From Andalucia godoyi And28 (lineage: Eukaryota; Protista; Jakobida), in assembly GCA_009859145.1 (NCBI GenBank), contig VRVR01000005.1, forward strand, positions 426,153 to 490,152: DNA of 64,000 bases. The letters run 5' to 3'. Positions 51,922-62,204 of this stretch are shown piece by piece; positions within the stretch are counted from its first letter, which is position 1; each line of letters starts with the position of its first letter. The notes under the pieces were generated by a model. It saw only the letters and a program-made list of their open reading frames with translations. It did no database searches and had not been told where the DNA came from. The position numbers and the translations under genes are program-made.

Positions 51922-52962
51922 ATGGGATCAGAGTTGGACTGTCCCCTATGTCACTTGTCATTTGAGGACTCGGTGGTACTGAGTCTGCATGTGAACCAAG
52001 TGCATTTTCCCGAGGACGCGGCACTCTCCGAGACCTCGGACCTCTGCACGACGACTGCTGCTCATGTGCCATATTTTCAGGAATCAGGCGCGAGTTGTTC
52101 TTCGTCCTATTCTCTTTTGCCGCTTCTGCAGACTCTTCACAGTTCATGGTCGAGCTCCAGCTCCAGCCACAGTCACAGCCAAAGAACTGCATTTGTTCGG
52201 ACGCCGTTTGTGCATTACCGGTCGCTTCGAGGAGAAGATCAGGGATGGGGCTGTGGTTTTCGCAATCTGCAGCTTCTTTTCTCTGCTCTATTGCGATCAC
52301 CTATTCTGCAGCACAGGCTTTTTGAAGGTTTGAATGCAGTGCCGTCGATTGAATCCATCCAAGTGGCTGTAGAACAAGCCTGGAGAGCGGGTTTTGATCG
52401 GGCGGGATGCGAGCAGCTTGGAGGATCTTTACTTGGCACACGCACGTGGATCGGCGCTACCGAGGTGTACGCCCTGCTCACTTATTTTGGAATCGACTGC
52501 ACAATTGTCGATTTCGTGAATGTTGCCACCCGACCACTTGCAATGATGGAGTATTTATGGGACCATGTGCTGACGGACGCACAACGCAACGCATTTCCAA
52601 TCTATTTTCAGCACGACGGGCACTCTCGGACACTGATAGGCGTTGAAAAACATCTGGCGGCATCGACGGCTTCCGGTGCTGGGGAGTACAAGCTGCTGCT
52701 GGCGGACCCCGGGATCGGTGCCGACGAAGCGTACGAAGCAGCACTCCGAGAAAAGGGTCTTCGAGCAATGCCCAGTCTTCGAAGGCGCATTCGAAGCATC
52801 TCGCGAAAGGGGCAGTATCAAATTGTGATCGTCAAGGAACGGGTGCTTTCCGATTCAGAACAGCAAGCACGTAAAATCGTGCGGTCCATTCGAGTGGACT
52901 GTGTCGAACGAGGCACGCTTCGCAGGTACGATTTATCCGCTTCCCAAGCCCCGCCCTATTAA
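51922..52962 (+). CDS. ZUP1: ZUP1/ZUFSP/Mug105-like deubiquitinase (peptidase C78) with an N-terminal C2H2 finger
   Basis: CPLC...HVNQVH, DQGWGCGFRNLQ (Cys), AWRAGFD..G, WIGATEV, FQHDGHSRTLIG (His) and LLADP (Asp). Confidence 0.88.
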   Translation: MGSELDCPLCHLSFEDSVVLSLHVNQVHFPEDAALSETSDLCTTTAAHVPYFQESGASCSSSYSLLPLLQTLHSSWSSSSSSHSHSQRTAFVRTPFVHYRSLRGEDQGWGCGFRNLQLLFSALLRSPILQHRLFEGLNAVPSIESIQVAVEQAWRAGFDRAGCEQLGGSLLGTRTWIGATEVYALLTYFGIDCTIVDFVNVATRPLAMMEYLWDHVLTDAQRNAFPIYFQHDGHSRTLIGVEKHLAASTASGAGEYKLLLADPGIGADEAYEAALREKGLRAMPSLRRRIRSISRKGQYQIVIVKERVLSDSEQQARKIVRSIRVDCVERGTLRRYDLSASQAPPY

Positions 52963-53270
52963 CGGCTTCGGAATCGCACATCCTGCATTATTTATGTTGC
53001 GGTTCCATGAGCCTGCTCGTCGTTCGTTTTCGCCGTCTTGGTTCTCCACGCATTTCGTGGCCGCTGAGACGAAATTGAGCATCGTCGTGCATCAATGTCT
53101 GCAGAATGGCAGGTAAATTGGTGGTGTTTACAACCTTCAGGGCACGGAATTGACTGCCGCCCTTTCTCACGACCCCGACGTTTTCTAAAGCATGTCATGA
53201 TGTATGCCCGCCATCTGATCAAGGCATATCAATTCGAGCCATGTGTATCGGGACAAGAGAGAAAAAAGAC

Positions 53271-53503
53271 CTCATGCCCTATTTCAAGCTGGCGTTTTTC
53301 GATTCAAAAGTCCCGTACGTCCGGGATGGTTTTGAAGGGCTAGCGGCGGATTCGATGCAAGCACGCCAGACGCTGTCGTGGGGGGTTGCCGTTGTGAATT
53401 TTCAACAGCGACTGTTGCACAGTGCACACGAGTTCAGGGGCTTCCAAGTCAGGTCGCCGTCGTCATGGAAGAATGCACTTCCAAGACAGGCAGACTGTGT
53501 GGT
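53271..53503 (+). mobile_element. Decayed TnpB/Fanzor2-like element, copy B
   Basis: Across frameshifts it reads LMPYF / MVLKG*RRIRCK / ARQTLSW...FQQRLLHSAHEFRGFQV / AVVMEECTSKTGRLCG, collinear with copies A and C. Confidence 0.72.
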
Positions 53504-53576
53504 GGCATGATGCAGGCGCTGCTCAGTCCAGCCGATTTCGTTTCGTGTAGTGATGAGAAACACGAATTTCGACATG

Positions 53577-53612
53577 CAAAACAAAACAAAACAAAACAAA
53601 ACAAAACAAAAC

Positions 53613-53641
<29 letters not shown>
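53577..53641 (+). repeat. (CAAAA)x13 pentanucleotide repeat
   Basis: Direct reading. Confidence 0.95.
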
Positions 53642-53645
<4 letters not shown>

Positions 53646-53985
53646 ATAATAATTATAATGATTATCATAATTCCCGATCCTCAGAACGCTCACTGATCCA
53701 CTGTCAACGTTCACGTGAAATGAAAATGAACGATTGTTACTGCTTTCAGTTTTTGCTTCCATTTTTTAAAATAATATATATTTTGTGGTTTCTCTGTCTT
53801 GTTCTTGGTTTCCCCTTTTCTTGATCATCCGGACGTTTTCGTATATATATTTTTTGATTTTGATTTTGATTTTTTTAAGTGTTAAATTGGCTGTTGTTGG
53901 TTGTGGGTTGCTGGTTGTTGTTTTTTTAATTTTAGTTTTTGGTTTTTTCTGTCTGCTACTGCATTTTAGTAGAATTGTGAGATTG

Positions 53986-54738
53986 ATGCAGCGGACGGCT
54001 TTTATGTGCCCCGTCTGTTGGGAAGAATTTACTCCAGAGGGTGATCGTCAAATGGTCGGATTGAAGAGCTGCGGCCATGTGTTTTGCCAGCCGTGTGTCA
54101 ATCTTCTGTCGCAACGAGCAGCCGCAACACCCGCTCCACGAAGCAAGGCCAACCAGGCCGAGTGTCCTGTGTGCAAACAGTCCTTTCATTCACAGAAGGA
54201 TCCACGACCGTTGTTTGTGTCATCCACAGTATGCCCCGTCGAGGCTCCTCCATCCGATCAAATCAATCGACTGACCGATCAGTGCAAGTCACTTGGTCGC
54301 GAGTGTGTGGAGCTGCGGTTTCAGGTCCGTTCGCTTACAGAATCCCTGCGAAGATCAAAGTCGAAGCTTGCCGCCGCCGCTGTCGCTGCTGCCTCGCACG
54401 CACACACAAAGTCGCCTAGCCGACATCCAGCGGCAGTCTTAAACGGCCATTCTTCCAAGCAACACACTGCCAGCAGTAGCCGTGGCGGCACTGGTCTTAC
54501 CGATGCAAGTAGAAAAAGCAAGAGGAATCACGGCGATCTGGTCGAGGTGGTTGATGATGACTCGGGAGATGCGATTGGACGGGAATCGCATGGACCGCGG
54601 GAATCGAAACGACCGCGAATTCTGTCTGCGGATCCAATAGACATTACCGATAGTTCGCCTTCACGTCCGTCGGCGTCGTCCAGCAGCAGCGTCGACAAGC
54701 ATTCGAGACCAGCTGCTCGAGCCGTACGTGCAACATAG
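53986..54738 (+). CDS. RING-finger protein (C3HC4-type) with coiled coil and disordered tail
   Basis: ATG 53986. CPVC...CGHVFCQPC...CPVC followed by a heptad-rich segment. Confidence 0.8.
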   Translation: MQRTAFMCPVCWEEFTPEGDRQMVGLKSCGHVFCQPCVNLLSQRAAATPAPRSKANQAECPVCKQSFHSQKDPRPLFVSSTVCPVEAPPSDQINRLTDQCKSLGRECVELRFQVRSLTESLRRSKSKLAAAAVAAASHAHTKSPSRHPAAVLNGHSSKQHTASSSRGGTGLTDASRKSKRNHGDLVEVVDDDSGDAIGRESHGPRESKRPRILSADPIDITDSSPSRPSASSSSSVDKHSRPAARAVRAT

Positions 54739-54944
54739 TCGGTGAAATTTCTCTTGCTTTCTCTTCGTGTTGTTTATTGTTTTTTTCTCATCCCGTGGTG
54801 TAGAAGTGTACATTGTCCTTACATGGATGCGTGTACCATCGTCTTTTCATTTCCTACACATACCTTCATATACACACCCTCATCCGGTGTTTTTTTGTTT
54901 GTTGTGCAATCAGCTTCGTTCCTCGAAAAGCAACGGCACTCCAA

Positions 54945-56450
54945 TCATGCGAGCTGAGGATGCTTTTCACGCTGTCGTTTGGGGGATCGTTGAACTTGAT
55001 CGCGATCTTCACTCCGAACGGTGTCGTCTTCACTGATGTCCTCTCGTCGCAAGCTGGGTCTGTCATTCAAGACTAGCTTCTGGACCTGGTCACCAAGCTC
55101 TTCAAGAACAGCGTATTGATCATCCGGAGTCATCTTGTCAAGAGCCGAGCTTCGAAGGTCATCGCGAGATCCCATTTCGGTTTCCAGCTTTCCAAGCTCG
55201 GCCGCCAGACTGGCATCATCGTCACCGTCAAGTCCGAAATCCAAACGGTCCATGGCAGCTTGGACCGAGTCCAGCAGCACTTCCGCATTGGCCGTGTCTT
55301 CTTGCAGTTGCTCGACGTCCACATCAGCTAGCAGCCGTTTGATTTCCCCGCCAGCAGCAATGGAAGCATGGAATGTTTGCGCGTCCGTCAGCGCCTGATG
55401 CGTCTTCAGTGTAATTTCTTCTACTCTCAGGATACGACTCTGCAGTTGATCGATTGCAGCTTCTTCTTGTCGAATGCGATGCAGCACCATTTTCGCTTTC
55501 GCTCGCTCATGCGGTCTCTCACACTGTTTGCATCCTTCAAACTCTTGTCGATATCTCGCGAGAGCTGCTTCGTGCCCCTCAAGGATGGTTACCATTTTCT
55601 TGGCTATTCTTTCCAATCGGAAAATCTCAAGTTCAGTCTCGATTGTGGCGGGGTCGTGGCGATCCGGCGGCGACTTCTTTGAGCCATCATTGCTCACTAT
55701 AAATTTAACAACACCTGACTCTGAGTTCTCTGCATCTGGATACTGCACCACGACTGCCTTTTTCTTGTCGACAAGCATTCGAATGACCGCAATGGCGTCC
55801 TCCGGCGAACTCGCGAAATCCAAGATTTCCGAAAACGAAGCAAATGCAAATGATCTGCGAAGCGGATATTCTGTCTGTATCCAAGAAAGGACGTTTTGGC
55901 CAATCATCTCGGCCGCTTCAATAAACAGTGCTCGGGACCGACCATTTCGAGCTCCTGCAACAGGGGATTTCGTAAAATCCTGCAGATCCAACGACGGCCG
56001 TGAAGACGACGTATCTTGCAGTCTGGCAGTCGAAAACTTCCAGACACTGGAAGCAATGGATTTTGCAGAAGAGTACACCGCGGTAGGAATGCCGAGAGCG
56101 ATATTCGATAGTGAGTAAGAGGACGGCTTGTCTAGCGTTGCAAACTGTGAAACATCCGCAAACGACCCCGAAAAAAACATCCAGTCCACAAGCTCTGCAT
56201 GCACCGGACATGCAACTCCAAGCTGCTGAAACAGCTCGTTGGATCTAGATACATCGAGAATGCACATTTTGTGGAAGCAGCACTTTTCAAGGAGGATCCT
56301 CTTCCATTTCTTGGAATTCGGGTGAACGACGTGATCAAACGGGCCGACGACCGCGAAATAGCTGATGAGAGACTGTGATTCCGGATAGTCATAGCACGCC
56401 CCAGAAGCACGAATTCTCTCCACAAGCTCCACAGGATCCGAGCGCCACAT
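54945..56450 (-). CDS. CHMP7: CHMP7-like ESCRT-II/III hybrid protein
   Basis: 501 aa. The C-terminal half is a Snf7-like helical hairpin (AKAKMVLHRIRQEE...ILRVEEITL...DVDVEQLQED...DDASLAAELGKLE), and the N-terminal half has the CHMP7 length and layout. Confidence 0.65.
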   Translation of the reverse strand: MWRSDPVELVERIRASGACYDYPESQSLISYFAVVGPFDHVVHPNSKKWKRILLEKCCFHKMCILDVSRSNELFQQLGVACPVHAELVDWMFFSGSFADVSQFATLDKPSSYSLSNIALGIPTAVYSSAKSIASSVWKFSTARLQDTSSSRPSLDLQDFTKSPVAGARNGRSRALFIEAAEMIGQNVLSWIQTEYPLRRSFAFASFSEILDFASSPEDAIAVIRMLVDKKKAVVVQYPDAENSESGVVKFIVSNDGSKKSPPDRHDPATIETELEIFRLERIAKKMVTILEGHEAALARYRQEFEGCKQCERPHERAKAKMVLHRIRQEEAAIDQLQSRILRVEEITLKTHQALTDAQTFHASIAAGGEIKRLLADVDVEQLQEDTANAEVLLDSVQAAMDRLDFGLDGDDDASLAAELGKLETEMGSRDDLRSSALDKMTPDDQYAVLEELGDQVQKLVLNDRPSLRREDISEDDTVRSEDRDQVQRSPKRQREKHPQLA

Positions 56451-56760
56451 GCTCTTCTTTCTTGGGTTTATTGTTGCCGTTGTTGGGAATTGCGAAAATG
56501 AATCAGGACGTTTTCACGAAAGCACCGCACAAAGCGAAATGATGACGACGATTCGTGTCCGCCAAAAAAAATAAAATAAAAAGGAGGATTCTCGTGCCTC
56601 AAATGAACGTTAAGGAAGACTACGGGCGGAAAAACGAAACGCCAAACGTTCACGGCAGCGATATACTGCGTCCATACGAAATTGGGTCTGATATGGGTAC
56701 AAAAACGCATTGTTGCATGACAATCGATCCTGCGAATCGATCAGTCGTCTAGAGAGGGGA

Positions 56761-57138
56761 GGCTCCAGCACACGAGTGCATGCGCGCACCATGTTCTTCA
56801 AGTACATATTGCACGCTCCATTCCAGTCGCGCTCCATCACCGCTGCACACGCTGGGCATCGGAGCACCTTGCGTCTTTCCAGTGTCTGATGGAAGTTCCC
56901 ACACGCTCCACATGTCTTAGATGTGTTTTCCTCGGTGAGGATGTGGACTTTGCGACCCGCATACTCCGTCGCCTAGTGCAGCAGCCGCTGGGCGGAACTG
57001 CAAGTGCATCTGGCGTGCATTCTAGTCTTCAATGCGGCGTTTCTTCCCTTCTACCGGCTCCCGCTGTACCATACGGGACACGTCAGGTTTCAAAAGTAGA
57101 ATGCAGTCATACTCATCACACAGCCATTTTGTCAAGAT
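56761..57138 (-). mobile_element. Decayed TnpB/Fanzor2-like element, copy C
   Basis: ILTKWLCDEYDCILLLKPDVSRMVQRE...KKRRIED*NARQM...FR / QRLLH*ATEYAGRKVHILTEENTSKTCGACG...LRCPAC...ERDWNGACNMYLKN. It contains two stops and one +1 frameshift. Confidence 0.9.
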
Positions 57139-57329
57139 GATAAAAATGACAGAAAACACGATGAAGAACAGTCCAGACGTGCGCGGCTGCTGTCACGTGT
57201 ACCGTGTCTACTTATTTATATATAAAATAAATAATAATGATAATAGATAAAATGACACACATATATATAGAAAGGACGGCAAACACGATTAAAAAGTTGA
57301 GACAAAAGGGAACTTATTTCATAATGCGT

Positions 57330-60300
57330 TCAGCGGCTGGAAACGTATTGATACGATGCGATTGATGCAGCAACATGAACATTCAGACTGCGAATGAGCC
57401 CGAATTGTTCGATTTCGACGTAGTCATCCACGACCCCCGACGCAATGACATCATATGGTAGTCCCTCACGCTCTCGGCCCAACACCAACACAGACTTTTG
57501 TGCCCACATGTATTCACCAAGCCTCTGGCTCTCCGGCGTTTGTTCGAGAGCGACAATGCGGTATCCGAGTGCTTTCTTCTCCATCAAAAACGGAATGACG
57601 TCGTATGATTTGACCTCCTGGATTGGCTGCCACTTATGGGCAGTTACAGCGACCGAAGTGAAGTCCTGAGAATCTAGAATCTTTCGGTTGTGAATTGTCA
57701 CCAACTCCGCACCAAAAACCTCGGAGGTGCGCATCAGACCAGCGATGTTCGGAATCCGGTCCAGGAACGACGCACAAATAATCAGCGGATGACGACTGTG
57801 CGACTGCGAAGAGACAACGTCATCCGCAATTGACGCTTTTGCGCTGTCTTCTGTCCCTTTCATCTGAATGTTCAACCGGGACGACCCGTCATCGATCGTT
57901 TGAACGGAATTCGCAGGCACACAATGCAGCAGTTCCATTTGCAAAGGATGCGGAAACAACTCGAATTCGTACCGATACGGCACCACCGAACTGATGGGCA
58001 CCTGCAACACCGCGAGTTGATCCCACCGAAGAGTTTGAAACATGATCCCATCGACTGCGATTGGTGACTGAGACACCGCCAAATATCGAGCATCAGACAT
58101 AAACGTCTGCAGATCTGCCACATTCACTTTCGCAGAAAAGGACGTTTGGAGATTCATCAGGAACCGAACAGACGTGCCAATAGCTTCCGAAGGCGACACT
58201 GCGTTGACTGGGGGCGCTTTTTCAAAGGGACTGGAGTACAACGAGAAGAGCAGCAGCGGGCACAACAGAGGAGTATTTGTTGGGAAATACTCCTCCATCG
58301 TAGAGTCGACCGTATTCGGCGGGCGGGCGTTCAGACTGAAGTCCTCGCACATTTCATGCAGTTCTCTTGAAAACACAGGGGCAAACGGTGACGTACCGAT
58401 GATAACGCGATGCAGACGCACCAATCCCAATTGCGCACAGAATCTGACCGCATGATGACCAAATCCAGATGCTGCAGCCAATTTCCGCAACAAAAACTGC
58501 AAGCAATCCAGATCCGACGCCGTCGCATTCTTCGCGGACTGAGCAACCACGCCAATGACGGTCACCACGATCACAATCCAAGACACAATGTGAGACGGAA
58601 TTTCCGAGACAAGAGTCGTAGCAGACTCCTTCCAAGTGTTGCACAGCAGCTGCAAGGGAGTCATATCTGCAGCAGGTGACAAACAGCACACGCGGATCGC
58701 GCATCGCTCCAAAAGGAAACGCACAGTTTGCTGCATTTTGCTCTTTGATAATTGGAGACACAGGTGGAAGATTTCACAGCGCCTTGATTCAGAACTTTGG
58801 AATCCGTAAAGAATCGTCCATCCGAGTGCAGTGAGGTAGGAAAACTTCGTGTGCGTGATGAGTGCCTGTTTTTCGGACCACATGTCATTTGGCAAGCTGT
58901 GCAGCGCAGAGAGAGTGTCCATTGCATACGATTCGTCGTGCATCAAGCGACGGATCCATGCGCAGTGGACGGAAGCTCGAAGAAATCCGGAATCCCGAAC
59001 GCAATCTGTGAACGGCTCATTCAAGTATGCGTGGGCGACATGAAGTCCCTTGTTCTCAAGAAATTCTGGTTCAAAAAAATGCTCCGTCGTATTTAACGTA
59101 AGCGCCAGCAGAGTTGCGGGAGGCAGGATATCTTGCAATACATGAATAAGGAGAGCAAGTGTTCGAGGATTCTTCATCAACAACATGAAAAACCGGATGA
59201 GAGGCTCCGCAGCCAAAATATCCTTTGTACTCCTCGTGATGCTGAGACACAGGCATCGCTCAACTTCTTGCTTCATCCAAGACTGCGAGATCACACCACC
59301 GCAGAAAAAGTAAAGAATAGCTTTGCATCTCTCAAATATTGGAACGTCCTTTCCGACCCAAGGTTTGGAAACAGAATCCACATCGTGAATCCACGAATCC
59401 CGATCCCATGATCGAACAGCCCGCCCATGAGCGATCAATGCCGTCGAAAAGGCAGATTTCTGTGATTGCAAATACCTAAAAAGTGGAGGAGGATTCGGGA
59501 TCGACTGAACAAGCTTCCAGTCAAAGTCCGTCTGCGGAAACAACGAAGGAACAAACTGCTCGTGCCATCCTTGCATGCCTTCTGCTGATGGATCGACAAG
59601 ACTAAACAAGATTGATGTGGTCCAATTTCCATCGGGCACACACAGATGCAGTACATCCTGAAGACAATGACGATGCGGTTGGATGAATCGACGATGGAAA
59701 TCCTCGTGGAACAGCACGGCAAGAGGAAGCCGCGAGAACAAACCTGCCAGCGCCTCCCAGCATTTTCGATTGACAAAAATCCGAATTGCGCACGCCTGAA
59801 AGGACATGTACAAAAACATTGGCGTTGTGGGTGCGCACTGCACACAGAGGTCTGCAACCCCCAATAAAACATCAAAAGTGGGCTCCAAAACTTGAACTGC
59901 TTTCAGCATAATTGCAAGTGAGCAGCGGAACGTTCCCCCTCGTTTCAACTGCAGAAAATTCTTCACAATCGCGTCTCGTACTTCAATGCTAGCCCCAGCT
60001 TGCATGAGGCTTGACAAGAAAGTCAGAAACGCTTCCGCTACTTTCTGATCAGTCGCCAAGACGGATTCCACAAACACAACGCTATTCACGCAATTCAAGA
60101 AGTTCTTTCGATCGTGATCCGACGTCGATGGCAGCATAAGAGGAGAAATTTCCGTCGACGAGCACGCAAGCAAAGTTCGTAAGCAAGCCTTTGACAGTGA
60201 CGGAGAAGGGTGACGAGATGATCGCATAAAAAGGGCCGAGGCAAGTTTGAAGCTGCAATGTCTCAGAAAAAGGCCCACTCGAGCTGCAGACGGGACTACA

Positions 60301-61616
60301 ACATCCAAATTGTAAGATTCCAGGCCGTCCCACGCAACACAAAATTCAGAAGCAATTGAGTTCACGGGAGCAACCAAATCCATCAGCACAGCACGAGCAC
60401 GCTTCAGAATAAGATTCGATTCCCGTTCCGGCAATGCAACTCCGCGGAGAACATCTGATTGGACGAGGTCAAACAGCCAGTCCACCGGAAACTCTGCAAG
60501 ACCGGTGTTGAGCAAGGAAACGATGTCCAAAAGCTCACCGGAATCCAGGGATCTGAAAAACAATTCATGCTTGTGAAAACTCAGCTTTAGATTTTCGAAG
60601 CGGAGGAACGGCACGAGCAGTTCGGAAACGAGCTTTATGCGTACCGACCCTGCCGCATCCGCTACCATCGTCATCACATGATCAAGCGTGAGCAAGTTCG
60701 CCCGAGGAGTCCGCAGCCCCCGCAGAAATTGGTGATGCATCATGATAGATCTACCAGATATCGACCCTTGTGCTGCGAGATGCATCCGTGTGGAAACGGA
60801 GCAGGCCATACAGTACATTTCCTGCGCAAAGCTGTCAGCAGGAGCCACCAACGGCGTTCGAACAGGCACATTGCAAGAAATGGCTCGAGCAATTGCTAAA
60901 CTCAGCCATTTTCCATCACATTTGACAACCGGAAGATCCACCATTTCATAGTGTTCTTTGTCGCAGAATGGAATATGTGGCAGCATTTCCCTGTCTCGAT
61001 AATGGATCATGCCCATCATCTCACAGAGCAGACTGGAGACGTTGCTGAACTGTTGGGTGAAAAGATACATGCACTGCAAGGATGACGAAAATCGAGAAAC
61101 CAGAACATGGCGCAGGGCTTCTGCAACGGAAGCCAGCGTCACGCAGGCAACCTCGGATGCCTGCAAAATGACATCCTGCCCATCGATCTTAGAAATCCCA
61201 CCGGCACTGTCATACTCGATATCCTCTAAGGGGTAGTAGTACAACGACGTGAATTCATCCTCTGATTCAATTATCAAATCCGATCGCATCAGGACCAATC
61301 GAGAAGCCTGTATGCTGATCCCGAGTTCTTCTTGGCATTCTCGAACCACAGCGTCCAGCACGGTGTCTTCCACAGAGACATGTCCTGCAACCGAGACGTC
61401 GAATTCCCCTGGAAACCGCGACTTGCACAAAGCTCGCTGTTGCAAAAGAATGCGATCTTTGAAGAACATGGCTAGATGAATAACACGATGCCATGGTCGA
61501 AACGACAGCGATGCCCGACCTGGACCGTGAACTGCAGACCGCGGAAGAATTTCAGACGTGAATCGCCCGGTATTCGGATCCACAACTCGGAAATACTCTT
61601 CTGATGCAAGATCCAT
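57330..61616 (-). CDS. TARBP1: Trm3/TARBP1 tRNA (Gm18) 2'-O-methyltransferase with a fused N-terminal Nudix domain
   Basis: C-terminal SpoU domain (LIICASFLDRIPNIAGLMRTSEVFG, LVLGREREGLP, EIEQFGLIRSLNVHVAAS). N-terminal Nudix box GHVSVEDTVLDAVVRECQEELGI. One uninterrupted 1428 aa frame. Confidence 0.88.
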   Translation of the reverse strand: MDLASEEYFRVVDPNTGRFTSEILPRSAVHGPGRASLSFRPWHRVIHLAMFFKDRILLQQRALCKSRFPGEFDVSVAGHVSVEDTVLDAVVRECQEELGISIQASRLVLMRSDLIIESEDEFTSLYYYPLEDIEYDSAGGISKIDGQDVILQASEVACVTLASVAEALRHVLVSRFSSSLQCMYLFTQQFSNVSSLLCEMMGMIHYRDREMLPHIPFCDKEHYEMVDLPVVKCDGKWLSLAIARAISCNVPVRTPLVAPADSFAQEMYCMACSVSTRMHLAAQGSISGRSIMMHHQFLRGLRTPRANLLTLDHVMTMVADAAGSVRIKLVSELLVPFLRFENLKLSFHKHELFFRSLDSGELLDIVSLLNTGLAEFPVDWLFDLVQSDVLRGVALPERESNLILKRARAVLMDLVAPVNSIASEFCVAWDGLESYNLDVVVPSAARVGLFLRHCSFKLASALFMRSSRHPSPSLSKACLRTLLACSSTEISPLMLPSTSDHDRKNFLNCVNSVVFVESVLATDQKVAEAFLTFLSSLMQAGASIEVRDAIVKNFLQLKRGGTFRCSLAIMLKAVQVLEPTFDVLLGVADLCVQCAPTTPMFLYMSFQACAIRIFVNRKCWEALAGLFSRLPLAVLFHEDFHRRFIQPHRHCLQDVLHLCVPDGNWTTSILFSLVDPSAEGMQGWHEQFVPSLFPQTDFDWKLVQSIPNPPPLFRYLQSQKSAFSTALIAHGRAVRSWDRDSWIHDVDSVSKPWVGKDVPIFERCKAILYFFCGGVISQSWMKQEVERCLCLSITRSTKDILAAEPLIRFFMLLMKNPRTLALLIHVLQDILPPATLLALTLNTTEHFFEPEFLENKGLHVAHAYLNEPFTDCVRDSGFLRASVHCAWIRRLMHDESYAMDTLSALHSLPNDMWSEKQALITHTKFSYLTALGWTILYGFQSSESRRCEIFHLCLQLSKSKMQQTVRFLLERCAIRVCCLSPAADMTPLQLLCNTWKESATTLVSEIPSHIVSWIVIVVTVIGVVAQSAKNATASDLDCLQFLLRKLAAASGFGHHAVRFCAQLGLVRLHRVIIGTSPFAPVFSRELHEMCEDFSLNARPPNTVDSTMEEYFPTNTPLLCPLLLFSLYSSPFEKAPPVNAVSPSEAIGTSVRFLMNLQTSFSAKVNVADLQTFMSDARYLAVSQSPIAVDGIMFQTLRWDQLAVLQVPISSVVPYRYEFELFPHPLQMELLHCVPANSVQTIDDGSSRLNIQMKGTEDSAKASIADDVVSSQSHSRHPLIICASFLDRIPNIAGLMRTSEVFGAELVTIHNRKILDSQDFTSVAVTAHKWQPIQEVKSYDVIPFLMEKKALGYRIVALEQTPESQRLGEYMWAQKSVLVLGREREGLPYDVIASGVVDDYVEIEQFGLIRSLNVHVAASIASYQYVSSR

Positions 61617-61865
61617 TCTCGGGTGTCTGCCACGCTTAGCGATTCGCTTTCCCTAAGGACGCGTCGTTTTGTTCGGTTACCATTGAAACCGGAAGCGCGG
61701 GGCAGGGGTGGCATGCTCGCTATTTTCCCCGGCAAAAATAGTTATTAAACGTAATAACAACAACAATAATAAAAAGTCGAGTTGGAAGGTAGACACAAGT
61801 CGACAACTGCATCCCGCGATATGACTACAGCAGAGAGAAAGGACTTTTTATTCAATACAAATAGA

Positions 61866-62012
61866 GCCTACATTGTACACTCACCACGGATAGTCATCGC
61901 TGATCACCCGTAATCAGTGTTGCAAACCAACAACATGCACAGCATGATTGGGAAGGGGGTAGGCCCCAACACGCCCCTCGGCATGAGCGACGTTCTCAAG
62001 ATAGATGGTGCG
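61866..62012 (-). mobile_element. Fanzor2-like remnant, copy D (last codons plus candidate omegaRNA/right end only)
   Basis: The minus strand reads RTIYLEN...RVGAYPLP. It shares 24/25 nt (61951-61975 vs 44806-44830) and 15/16 nt (61866-61881 vs 44885-44900) with copy A. Confidence 0.8.
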
Positions 62013-62204
62013 TTGCATAGACAATAACAACAAAAATAAAAATAAGAAATGAGCGTCGCTGTGCGAGAATGCAGCGCGGCGGCGTGTTTATAGGGAGTTC
62101 ATGATCAAAATGGGGCGAAACGAATCGGGCATCGTGTGACGGAGGTGCTTAAGATAGCAAACGCATGCGCATGGCGCGTGGCAGTGGTTCTGTTTGCGTG
62201 CGCT

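Noticed and set aside
61060-61616. Nudix domain as an IPP isomerase linked to the HMG-CoA synthase (mevalonate cluster)
   Set aside because: The catalytic CCSHP motif is absent and the genes are 20 kb apart with unrelated genes between.
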